DNA of 64,000 nucleotides from assembly GCA_963704905.1 (NCBI GenBank), contig CAVPHZ010000001.1:387438-451437 (forward strand). The letters are read 5' to 3'. The notes beneath the pieces were generated by a model, which worked only from the letters and a program-made list of their open reading frames with translations, did not search any database and had not been told where the DNA came from. This DNA comes from Candidatus Chisholmbacteria bacterium. GTDB taxonomy: Bacteria; Patescibacteriota; Microgenomatia; UBA1400; Chisholmbacteraceae. Shown piece after piece: positions 34,557 through 43,719 of the stretch (position 1 is the first letter of the stretch; the number at the start of each line of letters is the position of its first letter). A program made the translations under genes and the position numbers.

Positions 34557-34973
34557 GTGGATGAGAGTGTTCGTGGTGTGTTGCTTGGGTCCCAAACCGT
34601 TGCGGTCGTGGGGCTTTCCAATGACCCGGAGCGATACAGCTACAAGGTTGCAAAGTATTTGCAGGAGCAGGGGTATCGGATTATTCCCGTGAATCCAAAT
34701 GTGAAGGAAATATTGGGAGAAAAGAGCTATTCGGATTTGCTCTTTGTTCCTGAGCGGGTTGATGTGGTACAGATATTTCGAAAACCTGAGTTTGTGCCAG
34801 AGATTGTTGATCAGGCGATTCAAATTGGTGCTAAAACTATCTGGATGCAGGAAGGAATCGTTCATGAGGCAGCGGCAAGGAAAGCGAGGAAAGCCGGACT
34901 TCAGGTGGTCATGAATCAGTGCATGATGAAGAATCACTATAAACTTCATCACCCTCATACAAAAGTGTATTAG
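34557..34973 (+). CDS. CoA-binding domain protein (YccU/YneT-like)
   Basis: VAVVGLSNDPERYSYKVAKYLQEQGYRIIPVNP...VDVVQIFRKPEFVPEIVDQAIQIGAKTIWMQEG. Confidence 0.75.
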   Translation: MDESVRGVLLGSQTVAVVGLSNDPERYSYKVAKYLQEQGYRIIPVNPNVKEILGEKSYSDLLFVPERVDVVQIFRKPEFVPEIVDQAIQIGAKTIWMQEGIVHEAAARKARKAGLQVVMNQCMMKNHYKLHHPHTKVY

Positions 34974-36052
34974 TCTTCTTTTTTATTCAAGACTGGCCGA
35001 GTTGTGTTAATTAATAGGAACACTACCAGTGGAATAATGATAAAGGGAAAGAGAGTAAGAGTGTTTTTTGTAAGGCTGGGGGTGACAGTAATTGCAATGA
35101 GTAATAGTATTGGTTGGTGCCAGAGATAAATTAGGTAGCTATAATCTTTTCCAAGCGTTGAGAGTGATATTGAAAACCTTCTGTGTTTTGCTGTAATTGT
35201 TCTTGCCAGTTCATAACCCATTGAAAATAACCCTATTCCAATCATTGCTTCTGAGAAAATGATTAGCCGATTGCTGTCGAATCTGAGCATCAGTCCAAAC
35301 ATCCAAATAATCAGGCCTATCCACCACTTTGGAAATTTGGAGTCCGCCAGCCTCATGGCTGTTGCAAATAAGAAGATATAGGAGAGACCTGAAAAGCGAA
35401 GCCAAAGCGGGAGTTCTTGGTTTTTTTCGACTAGAAATAGTATCCAGAGATTTTGTAGCAGTTGAGTGAATCCAGTTATCAGGAGAAATTGCATTGAAGT
35501 AATGCGTTTCTGCAACCAGGTAAGTATTGGAAAGAGGAGATAGAGATGAATGATGATGGGTATGAACCATAATGCGGGATATGGGGTAAGAATCGTTTCC
35601 TTGGTTGTGTTTTGTAACAGAAACAATCCAGATATTGTATTACGGATGGAGGGTGTTTTGACTCCAGCATATTCCATCAATGTGGGGTTGATCCAGAAAA
35701 GAAGAAGGAGAATTGGTAGGGACATAAGAACTGAGATCCAGTATGGTTTTAAAACCTTTGTTAGTCTTGGAATGATCCAGGTACGGTTGGTCCGTTTTTT
35801 CTTGCTGAGACAATAAACCGAGATGACCAGGAAAAGTGGTACGGCGTTATCTCCTAGTATGCTTAGTGCATAAAACGGGCCAGTTGGGAGACTAAGGGTT
35901 TTGCTTAAAAACTCAGTAGTTGAGCTAGGGAATGCGGAGAGGTCACCCCAGATTATCTGCCACCAGTGGAAGAGAATCACTCCAAATGCGGCACCAATTC
36001 TTAAGATATCGATTTCTTCAATGCGCCTTGGCTTTGATTGAGAAGGTTTCAT
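34970..36052 (-). CDS. Acyltransferase family 3 (OafA-like) membrane protein
   Basis: EIDILRIGAAFGVILFHW start motif and ~10 TM helices. Start placed at the internal MKPSQSK codon because the longer ORF overlaps the upstream gene. Confidence 0.7.
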   Translation of the reverse strand: MKPSQSKPRRIEEIDILRIGAAFGVILFHWWQIIWGDLSAFPSSTTEFLSKTLSLPTGPFYALSILGDNAVPLFLVISVYCLSKKKRTNRTWIIPRLTKVLKPYWISVLMSLPILLLLFWINPTLMEYAGVKTPSIRNTISGLFLLQNTTKETILTPYPALWFIPIIIHLYLLFPILTWLQKRITSMQFLLITGFTQLLQNLWILFLVEKNQELPLWLRFSGLSYIFLFATAMRLADSKFPKWWIGLIIWMFGLMLRFDSNRLIIFSEAMIGIGLFSMGYELARTITAKHRRFSISLSTLGKDYSYLIYLWHQPILLLIAITVTPSLTKNTLTLFPFIIIPLVVFLLINTTRPVLNKKED

Positions 36053-36068
36053 TACGGAATGGCTGGGT

Positions 36069-36752
36069 TTAAATTGTCCTTCGCTGTTCGATGAGCTGTT
36101 GTCCACCTTGTTCGAAACTATTTGCAAGATGACTCGTGAACTTTGCGAGAATGTCGGGTGGCAATGGTGGCATTTTTTTTGAAGGATTACGGTATTCTGA
36201 TGGAAGCGTAAGCAGAGCGTTTTGTAAAACCTGCTTTGTATAGGCAGCCATGTAGAGACGCTTGTATTCGGAATCACTCTCTGAGGCAATGAAACCAAGG
36301 ACGCTCAGCCAGCGAACGGCTCCGCTTCGAGTTCGGGGATTTTCGATGAGGATTTCAGCGGTGAGTATTGCTTCTTTTCCTTCGGTAGCGAGTTGACGGA
36401 TGCCTTCAGCAAGCGTAAGTTTGGCAATATTATGTCCACGGTATTTTTCTCTGGTATATGCCCAGAGGTCGTAGTCGATGTTTGGCCATTTGCTCTGAGC
36501 AAAAAGCATGAGGCCATAGGAAACACGGTTTTGTGCCCAGACAATAGCGAATTCACCTGGTTTTTCAAAGGGAATGGTGATGAGCAGCGGAGAGGTAGCT
36601 TTTTGTACTTCTTTTGCGTACCAGAATTTCGATGGATTGATGACGCGGGGTTTCTCGATGTCGCGAAGTAGTTTTTCCAGACGTTTTGCAAGGTCAAGAT
36701 CGGGACGGGTTTCGGAATGGCCGAAGATTTTTTTAAGATTGGGGAGTGGCAT
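36069..36752 (-). CDS. GNAT-family N-acetyltransferase-like protein with C-terminal extension
   Basis: GNAT motif A-like YRGHNIAKLTLAEGIRQLATEG preceded by FAIVWAQNRVSYGLMLF. Confidence 0.4.
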   Translation of the reverse strand: MPLPNLKKIFGHSETRPDLDLAKRLEKLLRDIEKPRVINPSKFWYAKEVQKATSPLLITIPFEKPGEFAIVWAQNRVSYGLMLFAQSKWPNIDYDLWAYTREKYRGHNIAKLTLAEGIRQLATEGKEAILTAEILIENPRTRSGAVRWLSVLGFIASESDSEYKRLYMAAYTKQVLQNALLTLPSEYRNPSKKMPPLPPDILAKFTSHLANSFEQGGQQLIEQRRTI

Positions 36753-36764
36753 TCTGTGAATTAT

Positions 36765-37223
36765 CTAGATTGTTGCTAGTTGCCCGCTGACATTTTGGTA
36801 GTTTGTTTGTACTTGATTAATTGATTGCTCCTCAAGTCCTTGGTCTTTCATGATGCTTTCAATGTTTTCAAGTTGATCTTTTTTGGCTACTGAGAGGTAA
36901 GCTTGAATAAATTCGTAGAGATAGTAATTTAGTATGGAATAGGTGTTTTCATTTTCAAGTGTAGTGGAGAGGTATTGAGCAATTTTTTCCAGATCTGGCT
37001 TTGATCCTTCCTGTTGAGTAAATTTTTCCAGCTGTTTTATTGAGAAGTTTACATCAAAGGCAATCTGCATGGTTTTTGAGAGGTTTTCAAAAAATATTTT
37101 TTGGAGTTCTTGAGGTTCTACATAAGCGAACTCCTGATGTTCAAAAAATACCAGAATAGTTTTACTGAGCTGTTGGAAAAATAGTTTGCTGTTATTGTAC
37201 TTAGAACTGTTGGTAGACATCAT
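36765..37223 (-). CDS. Hypothetical protein
   Basis: 152 aa with no detectable motif. Start overlaps the stop of the upstream ORF. Confidence 0.4.
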   Translation of the reverse strand: MMSTNSSKYNNSKLFFQQLSKTILVFFEHQEFAYVEPQELQKIFFENLSKTMQIAFDVNFSIKQLEKFTQQEGSKPDLEKIAQYLSTTLENENTYSILNYYLYEFIQAYLSVAKKDQLENIESIMKDQGLEEQSINQVQTNYQNVSGQLATI

Positions 37224-37810
37224 GCTTGGGTTGCTTCCGCTTTTGGTGAAAGTCTTGATACGAGATTGCTATAAATTTCTTGAAAGTTGGAGCGGTACCC
37301 TTTTAAATCTTCAGATGAATCTTTCGATGAGATGCGGGAGGCGACTGCGGCGCTGATGTAACTTGCAACCGGCAGGCTCCAAGCGACGACGCGGGCAAGA
37401 GCGTTTTTTCCGATTTTCATATACCAGGGATCGTCATCGTTTTTCAAAATATCTTTCATGCGCTGATAATTGCTGCGTGTATCCGGAGAAGCTGGCTTTA
37501 GTTGTTCTTTGACTGTGCTTAATGTGCTGTCGAAGTTTTGTCTAATTCCTTCCACTGACTCCTGAACAGTTTGGGATACAAATTCTGCACCCTGTTCTTT
37601 AACATCTGGATCTTCTAAGGCTTCAGCGAGGGCTGCAGGAGGAATTTTTTTAACTTCAGCGACTTGATTTTGCCACCAGGCTCTGAGCCTGCCTGGTCTG
37701 TCTTCTTCACCATTGCTATCGCCGACAGTACGGTCAAAAAATCTCAGTAATCCCTTTTTGAATATTGATCCGCCTAACTCAACTATTTTTCCGGTTGGTT
37801 GTTCTGACAT
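37220..37810 (-). CDS. Hypothetical protein
   Basis: 196 aa with no detectable motif. ATGA-type overlap with the downstream ORF suggests translational coupling. Confidence 0.4.
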   Translation of the reverse strand: MSEQPTGKIVELGGSIFKKGLLRFFDRTVGDSNGEEDRPGRLRAWWQNQVAEVKKIPPAALAEALEDPDVKEQGAEFVSQTVQESVEGIRQNFDSTLSTVKEQLKPASPDTRSNYQRMKDILKNDDDPWYMKIGKNALARVVAWSLPVASYISAAVASRISSKDSSEDLKGYRSNFQEIYSNLVSRLSPKAEATQA

Positions 37811-37980
37811 TAACTAAGCCCTCTAATTTTATTTGGTTTATTATACCGCATCAGAAAAGATGGGAAATGGAAGGTTGTGCTAATTTGCCAAAAATTCCCC
37901 CTTGCTCTGCGCTAAATAATTGTTTTATGATGGAAATAGGTACTAGACAAAAACCTATAGTTATGTTATAGTGACGTTAT

Positions 37981-39315
37981 ATGCCCGAAGCTACAGATAC
38001 TCCCAGACCTCCAGAAGCAATGGATCCTGCTGATAAGCGCAGAGAACTATTTCGTTTGAGTTTTCGTCGTTCTCAAGAACGAACAAAGAGTCTTACCGAA
38101 ACCGGAGAAAAATTTTATGTTGAAAAAGAGATCATTACTCAAGCTGATCTTAAACTTCAACACGAAACAGACAGAACCTATGCAGAGGCTCAAGCAATTG
38201 AAACCAGATTAGAAGGGATGGCTGACGATGATCCTGATCGAGAAGGTTTAGAACAGGAATTAATAGCACTTCAAGAGCATGGAATTGTTTTTGCAAATGC
38301 TACTTCATTTGATAGAGATGTTCGGGGGACCAAGCTTCGCTTTTATCTTCTAGAAAGCCTTGATCGTAGGTTAATGAGTGATATTCCTGAGACTATTCAG
38401 GCCAAGCTTAAGACAATTCAAGAAGCTGATACTTTTCGAGATTTTGATATAGCGAATATAGAGTATAGAGATGCTCTTGATGAGCTACCTCCAGAAGAGA
38501 GAAAGCGTGTTGAAGGCGTTCAACGTGAACGTGCGGATATTCATCGGATTACAGACAAGCTTGACCGTGCTATGGCAGGAAGGGTCGGTATTCGTGAGCG
38601 GATGGTTGATTGGGCGGCAGGTAAAGTAGATGAATCAAGTATTCGAGCTTGGGTGGCGCGTGAATTGGTGGCTAAACCACTCGGACTAGATTACGATGAT
38701 TTACGAGAAGGAAAAACGCTTTCCGCTGCAGGAAGAGAAGCTTTGGGGACTGAAACTGTAAACCTTGAAAATTTTGCACGTGCAATTGAAATTAACGAGT
38801 TGGATAAACTTGCGGATGAAGTTGAAGCAGCAGCTAGAGAACAATCAACAGGAACTTCTGAGGAAGATGTGCCTGCGACTGGGGAAGAAACAGAGGCAGA
38901 AGGAACTACAGAGACCGGGGAGCGAGAGCTAACGGCTGATGAAGAAGAGGCGCTTGCAAAGTCACAAGAGTTTATGAGCAAAGAGAATAGAACTGAATGG
39001 CAAAAATGGGGTAAGAACTTTTCAAACAAACTTGTTCGTGCAGTAGAAGGGGCTGGAACTGACGAAGAGAAACTCCAGGCAGTTCAAAGTGTGTTTTCAG
39101 AAGCCGTAAGTGAGATCTCGGGGGGTAATCCTGAAGTCAAAAAGATCCTTGGGCAGATACTTAACAATCAAAATGAAAATCAGCCGCAATATTTGGAACG
39201 TAACGACGTTTCATTCTGGAGAATGTTTCTCTTAGTAACTATGATGGGACTAGCTGATGGAGTTCTCTCTATTCCAGGTGAACTTGCACGGGGAGCAACT
39301 CAAGAGACAAGATAG
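37981..39315 (+). CDS. Hypothetical acidic coiled-coil protein with C-terminal hydrophobic segment
   Basis: 444 aa, highly acidic (EEDV/TEAE runs), with a C-terminal hydrophobic segment FWRMFLLVTMMGLADGVL. Confidence 0.45.
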   Translation: MPEATDTPRPPEAMDPADKRRELFRLSFRRSQERTKSLTETGEKFYVEKEIITQADLKLQHETDRTYAEAQAIETRLEGMADDDPDREGLEQELIALQEHGIVFANATSFDRDVRGTKLRFYLLESLDRRLMSDIPETIQAKLKTIQEADTFRDFDIANIEYRDALDELPPEERKRVEGVQRERADIHRITDKLDRAMAGRVGIRERMVDWAAGKVDESSIRAWVARELVAKPLGLDYDDLREGKTLSAAGREALGTETVNLENFARAIEINELDKLADEVEAAAREQSTGTSEEDVPATGEETEAEGTTETGERELTADEEEALAKSQEFMSKENRTEWQKWGKNFSNKLVRAVEGAGTDEEKLQAVQSVFSEAVSEISGGNPEVKKILGQILNNQNENQPQYLERNDVSFWRMFLLVTMMGLADGVLSIPGELARGATQETR

Positions 39316-39327
39316 CAAAGGAGTTTA

Positions 39328-39612
39328 ATGAAATCTGAAAAAATTGAAAAAGAGCGATCACAAACCAAGAAAATGATAGAGCTCTCAGCGCTCGATGATA
39401 CTCGTAAGCAACGGTATTTGAAGATATTACCTGATATGAGTCGTTCTCAGCTTGCAAAAATGAGATCGCATTTCATGCGATTACTGTACATTGAGTCTTC
39501 TGAGGAAGTAATTGATGAATTAGTAAAGTCGGGGAATGCACCAAAGGACGATGGAGAAGTGGTTGATGCGGTGATTTCAAAATGGTCAGATAAGATATAC
39601 GAAACGCAGTAG
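39328..39612 (+). CDS. Hypothetical small protein
   Basis: 94 aa, starting 13 nt after the upstream ORF. Confidence 0.4.
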   Translation: MKSEKIEKERSQTKKMIELSALDDTRKQRYLKILPDMSRSQLAKMRSHFMRLLYIESSEEVIDELVKSGNAPKDDGEVVDAVISKWSDKIYETQ

Positions 39613-39693
39613 TTGTTAATTTTATTTCTTCTTGTCCCAGTATTTCACTCTCTCAGGTTGACATTTATCAATCATGATGAGTAGTATGTAGCT

Positions 39694-40344
39694 ATGCGAA
39701 ATGTTCTTCTGGCTCTCTCTATTTTGTTTGTTATCACTCTGGTTCCGGTTTATGCGGCGGATGCTACACCTTCTTCGAAGAGTGACATCATGCAGGATCG
39801 TAAAGCTGCTGTGCTAGACCAACTGCAACAGAAAAAAGATACGCTGCAACAGCGGATCACGGATCGGAAGGCTAAAATTCAGAATAGGATTGAGACACAG
39901 AAAGATACAATGTCGAGTCGAGCTGCTGAGGTTCGAAGACGACTTGCAGAGCGAAGGAAGGCAATCATCCGAAGACATTTTGCACGTATGTATCGGAGAT
40001 TCCAAGCGGCTGTAACTCGGCTCGAGAAGCTGGCCGGCCGGATTGAGTCAAGACTTGATAAAATGGAGGATCGAGGAATTGATGTTGTGAGCCTTCGGAT
40101 TGATCTCGCTTCAGCTGAAGAGGACTTGGGAGTGGCAAAGAGTCTGCTTGAGAGTTTAGAGGTGAAGGTAGAGGATGCTCTGGCCTCTGATGATCCAACA
40201 GCGGAATTTGAGACCATTAAGAGTACGTTTCGCGAAGTTCGTGACTTATTGAAGAGTGTTCATCAGCAATTTATTGCGATAGTTCGTGTAATGAAGGTAT
40301 CAAGCTCACCTTCCACTGAGGCAACAGATTCAGCAACACCATAA
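39694..40344 (+). CDS. Secreted coiled-coil protein (signal peptide, apolipoprotein-like helical repeats)
   Basis: Signal peptide MRNVLLALSILFVITLVPVYAADA followed by a long amphipathic helical region (KKDTLQQRITDRKAKIQNRIETQKDT...). Confidence 0.45.
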   Translation: MRNVLLALSILFVITLVPVYAADATPSSKSDIMQDRKAAVLDQLQQKKDTLQQRITDRKAKIQNRIETQKDTMSSRAAEVRRRLAERRKAIIRRHFARMYRRFQAAVTRLEKLAGRIESRLDKMEDRGIDVVSLRIDLASAEEDLGVAKSLLESLEVKVEDALASDDPTAEFETIKSTFREVRDLLKSVHQQFIAIVRVMKVSSSPSTEATDSATP

Positions 40345-40346
40345 TT

Positions 40347-40790
40347 ATGGCAGACGATCAACAAACACCAACACCAGATCAACAAGTACCAGCAGCACAA
40401 CCTGCTGAGCAGGTTCCCCAATCTTCTCCACCCGCAATGCAAGCAGCTGGTGGTCCGTCACCTGAGACGCCAATGGTTACACCGGCTCAGAAACGAGGAG
40501 GGAAAAAGATATTTGTGATTTTGGCTCTGGTTATTCTGTTAGGATTAGTGGCTGTTGTTGGAGGTGTCATCAGCGGGCGGTTTGCTCAACAGAGGAGTCA
40601 AAACCAGCAAGCGCAGGAGCGCGAAGTTATCTCGCCTGCTGAAGAGGATGATGTGATGACGCAAAAGCTTGAGGAGCAATCAGATTCTGATGCTATTGAA
40701 GATATTGAGACAGACCTCAATGCAACCTCATTTTCAGGAATTGATGAAGAGCTGGCTGATATAGACCAGGAGCTCTCAGCGGAAGAGTAG
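40347..40790 (+). CDS. Membrane-anchored acidic protein (disordered N-terminus, one TM, acidic tail)
   Basis: Starts 3 nt after the upstream ORF. TM helix IFVILALVILLGLVAVVGGVI. Terminator immediately downstream. Confidence 0.45.
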   Translation: MADDQQTPTPDQQVPAAQPAEQVPQSSPPAMQAAGGPSPETPMVTPAQKRGGKKIFVILALVILLGLVAVVGGVISGRFAQQRSQNQQAQEREVISPAEEDDVMTQKLEEQSDSDAIEDIETDLNATSFSGIDEELADIDQELSAEE

Positions 40791-40820
40791 TTTCTTTGCA
40801 TGTTGCTTTTTTCAAAATGA

Positions 40821-40843
40821 CCGACCAAGGGGTTGGTTTTTTG
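40821..40843 (+). terminator. Rho-independent terminator
   Basis: ACCAA-GGGG-TTGGT hairpin followed by a T run, 30 nt after the 40347..40790 ORF. Confidence 0.6.
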
Positions 40844-40977
40844 TTGAGTATCTTAGTGATGCTATTTACTTTTATGAATTCAGATCCTCTATCCTGGGTA
40901 GTTAAGAAACTGAAGATTGTAAAAACGCTTGTGTTAAAATATTGCCACGTCTTGTTGTAGATCAGTTCACCCAAATC

Positions 40978-41943
40978 ATGAACTATCTTACTATTGATCA
41001 TTTCCTGTTCCAGCAGCAACGAAAACATAAGCGTTCGACTGGGGAATTTTCCCAGCTTCTTTCAGATATTGTGTTTGCCTCAAAAATTGTTTCAGCTGAA
41101 GTGCGAAGAGCTGGGTTGGCAGATATTCTTGGATCAGCGGAATCGACAAATGTTTCAGGAGATGTTGTACAGAAGCTTGATTTGTTTGCACACGATGTGT
41201 TTGTGAAGATTCTTGGTCAAGGTGGACGGTTTGCAGCATTTACCAGCGAAGAAAGTGATGAGGTGCTTCTCTCACCTGAGGGTGGCGGAAAATATATTGT
41301 TCATCTCGACCCACTTGACGGTTCGAGTAACATTGATGTGAATGTTTCTGTGGGGACAATATTTTCAATTCATCGCCGAACGGAAAGGAATGGAAAACCC
41401 ACGATGAGGGAAGCGCTCCAAAAAGGAAAGAGTCAAATATGTGCTGGTTATATTCTTTATGGTTCGAGTGTGATGTTGGTGTACACCACCGGCGATGGCG
41501 TTCATGGCTTTACGTACGACTTAGATAAAGGTGAGTTTCTTTTATCGCATGAACAGATTAAAATTCCTGAAAAAAGTTCATATTACAGCATTAACGAAGG
41601 ATATTCGGACCGGTGGAGTCAAGGTCTGGCTCGATACATAGTACAAGTGAAGAGGGAGGGAAAGAAAGCCCGGTACATTGGATCTTTGGTGGCTGATTTT
41701 CATAGGAATTTACTAAAAGGGGGTGTGTTTCTTTATCCAGCTGATTCTAAGAGTCCGCAAGGTAAATTGAGGTTGATGTTTGAAGCGAATCCGATGGCAA
41801 TGCTTATTCATGAAGCTGGTGGTGCATCATCGAATGGTCAGCAGAGTATTTTAGACATTGACCCTTCTGAGATTCATCAACGAACTCCATTGTTTCTTGG
41901 TACAACGAAGGATATATCAACCATTGAGCGATTTTTACAATAG
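40978..41943 (+). CDS. fbp: Fructose-1,6-bisphosphatase class 1
   Basis: FBPase_1 motifs ...GELS.LL..I..A.K.I...V.RAGL..ILGS, AFTSEE, and HLDPLDGSSNIDVNVSVGTIFSI. Start placed at MNYLTIDHFL. Confidence 0.85.
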   Translation: MNYLTIDHFLFQQQRKHKRSTGEFSQLLSDIVFASKIVSAEVRRAGLADILGSAESTNVSGDVVQKLDLFAHDVFVKILGQGGRFAAFTSEESDEVLLSPEGGGKYIVHLDPLDGSSNIDVNVSVGTIFSIHRRTERNGKPTMREALQKGKSQICAGYILYGSSVMLVYTTGDGVHGFTYDLDKGEFLLSHEQIKIPEKSSYYSINEGYSDRWSQGLARYIVQVKREGKKARYIGSLVADFHRNLLKGGVFLYPADSKSPQGKLRLMFEANPMAMLIHEAGGASSNGQQSILDIDPSEIHQRTPLFLGTTKDISTIERFLQ

Positions 41944-41968
41944 AAACTCGCTCAGGCTAAGAGGATTT

Positions 41969-43381
41969 ATGATTCCTGAATCAATTACTCAAATCATTAA
42001 GGGAGCTGTTCGGGTCAGCGATAAAGATGTCACTGTGGTGAGCAAGCAAAAGCTGGCGACGATCATGATGGATACACTGGTGTGGAAAGCAGTATTTGGT
42101 GATGCTCAAGAGCAGGTAGCAGCCCGGTTTCTTATCTGGGAAATGGCTCAGCAGGTGGGAGTTTTACCAGCATCAATTCATAATTTCTATAGTGCTCGAG
42201 GAAAAGGTGTGTTACTCGCTGATTGTTCAGTTCCGGCTATGAATCTTCGAGGAATGGCATACGACATGGGACGGGCAGTTTTTTCTGAAGCGATCCGTCA
42301 CCAGGTTGGCGCATTTATTGTTGAACTTGCCCGAAGCGAAATGGGGTATACCGATCAGTCTCCAGAGGAGTATGCTACGGTAATGCTGGCTGCCGCTCTG
42401 CGAGAGGGTTATCGCGGGCCGGTTTTTATTCAAGGAGATCATTTTCAAACAAAGGTAAGTGATGTTGCTGGAAAACCCAAGGATGGAGAAGTGGCGGCAG
42501 TAAAGCAACTTATCTCTGACGCTGTTGCTGCTGGGTTCTATAACATTGATATCGATACTTCGACGTTAGTTGATTTAACACGGGAAACTGAAGCAGCTCA
42601 GCAACTGAGCAACATTAGACACTCCCTCGTATTTTCCAAACATGTCCGAACATTAGAGCCGAAATCAGTTACCATTTCTCTGGGAGGAGAAATAGGACAT
42701 ATTGGCGGAAAGAATAGTACTGTTGCTGACTTTGAGGCGTATATGGATGGATTTTTGAAGAGAAAGCAGAGCAAGATGGTAGGGATGAGCAAGATTAGCG
42801 TGCAGACTGGGACAAGTCATGGCGGGGTGGTATTGCCAGATGGTACCTTAGCAGACATCGATGTTGATTTTAAGGTACTCAAAGACATATCTGATGTCTG
42901 TCGAAAACAGTATCACATCAGCGGAGCTGTACAGCATGGAGCGAGCACGTTGCCTGATCCGTTTTTTGCTCAGTTTTCTGAGTCTGGAGCAGTTGAGGTT
43001 CATCTGGCTACTGGGTTTCAGAACATTATGATGGATCATCCTCAATTCCCGACGGAGTTGCGGGAGGAAATGTATTCCTGGCTTGATCGTGAGAAAAAGG
43101 ATGAGCGGAAAGAAGGTTGGACAGATGATCAGTTCCATTATAAGTTGCGTAAGAAAGCTTGGGGGCAGTTTAAGAAAGCATGTTGGGGTTTAGAAAAGGA
43201 ACGACGGAGTGCAATTCGTAGCGCTCTGGCGAAGCGATTTCGATTCATGTTTAACGAACTCAAGGTTGTCAACTCACGACGAATAGTGGATAAATTTATT
43301 ACACCGCCGACGATTCATAAGCGTCTTACGGATTACAAGGGTGGGAAAAAGATTTCAGAAATTCGTGGATTAGCAGATTAA
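41969..43381 (+). CDS. Class II fructose-bisphosphate aldolase family protein (long form)
   Basis: F_bP_aldolase motifs: GDHFQ (zinc-binding DH), SLGGEIGHIGGKNST, VQTGTSHGG, VQHGASTLP. ~470 aa is unusually long. Start at the internal ATG with an upstream AAGAGGA. Confidence 0.65.
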   Translation: MIPESITQIIKGAVRVSDKDVTVVSKQKLATIMMDTLVWKAVFGDAQEQVAARFLIWEMAQQVGVLPASIHNFYSARGKGVLLADCSVPAMNLRGMAYDMGRAVFSEAIRHQVGAFIVELARSEMGYTDQSPEEYATVMLAAALREGYRGPVFIQGDHFQTKVSDVAGKPKDGEVAAVKQLISDAVAAGFYNIDIDTSTLVDLTRETEAAQQLSNIRHSLVFSKHVRTLEPKSVTISLGGEIGHIGGKNSTVADFEAYMDGFLKRKQSKMVGMSKISVQTGTSHGGVVLPDGTLADIDVDFKVLKDISDVCRKQYHISGAVQHGASTLPDPFFAQFSESGAVEVHLATGFQNIMMDHPQFPTELREEMYSWLDREKKDERKEGWTDDQFHYKLRKKAWGQFKKACWGLEKERRSAIRSALAKRFRFMFNELKVVNSRRIVDKFITPPTIHKRLTDYKGGKKISEIRGLAD

Positions 43382-43389
43382 TATCTTAT

Positions 43390-43647
43390 ATGTGGCTTAA
43401 GATAAAACCTCGTGTTACAAGACTTGTCATGTGGTCGATTAAGAACCACTGGATTTTTTTGGTGCTTATTATTGGAACTCAGTTTTTTACTGGAAAAGCT
43501 TTGGTTAATCCAACCTTCCCAATTCCAATCTCTTACGATACGTTGATCAGAATCCACTCCCTGCTGGGAACTGTAATAGCATTGACAGCGCTTGGATTGG
43601 CAGCTGAGAAGATTTACTTGTGGCTTCTGCGTAAGAACAAGATCTAG
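43390..43647 (+). CDS. Small membrane protein (hypothetical)
   Basis: 85 aa with two TM helices. Confidence 0.35.
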   Translation: MWLKIKPRVTRLVMWSIKNHWIFLVLIIGTQFFTGKALVNPTFPIPISYDTLIRIHSLLGTVIALTALGLAAEKIYLWLLRKNKI

Positions 43648-43719
43648 TTCTCTGCGGTTCCATTCAATAATTAGTGCACAGCAGGGATAGTTTGTACGGT
43701 ATAGGTTATACTTCTCAGC

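Noticed and set aside
41858-41968. Upstream extension of the aldolase ORF (ORF-track start 41858)
   Set aside because: This start would overlap the last 85 nt of fbp in another frame. The internal ATG at 41969 has an upstream AAGAGGA and begins where aldolase homology starts.
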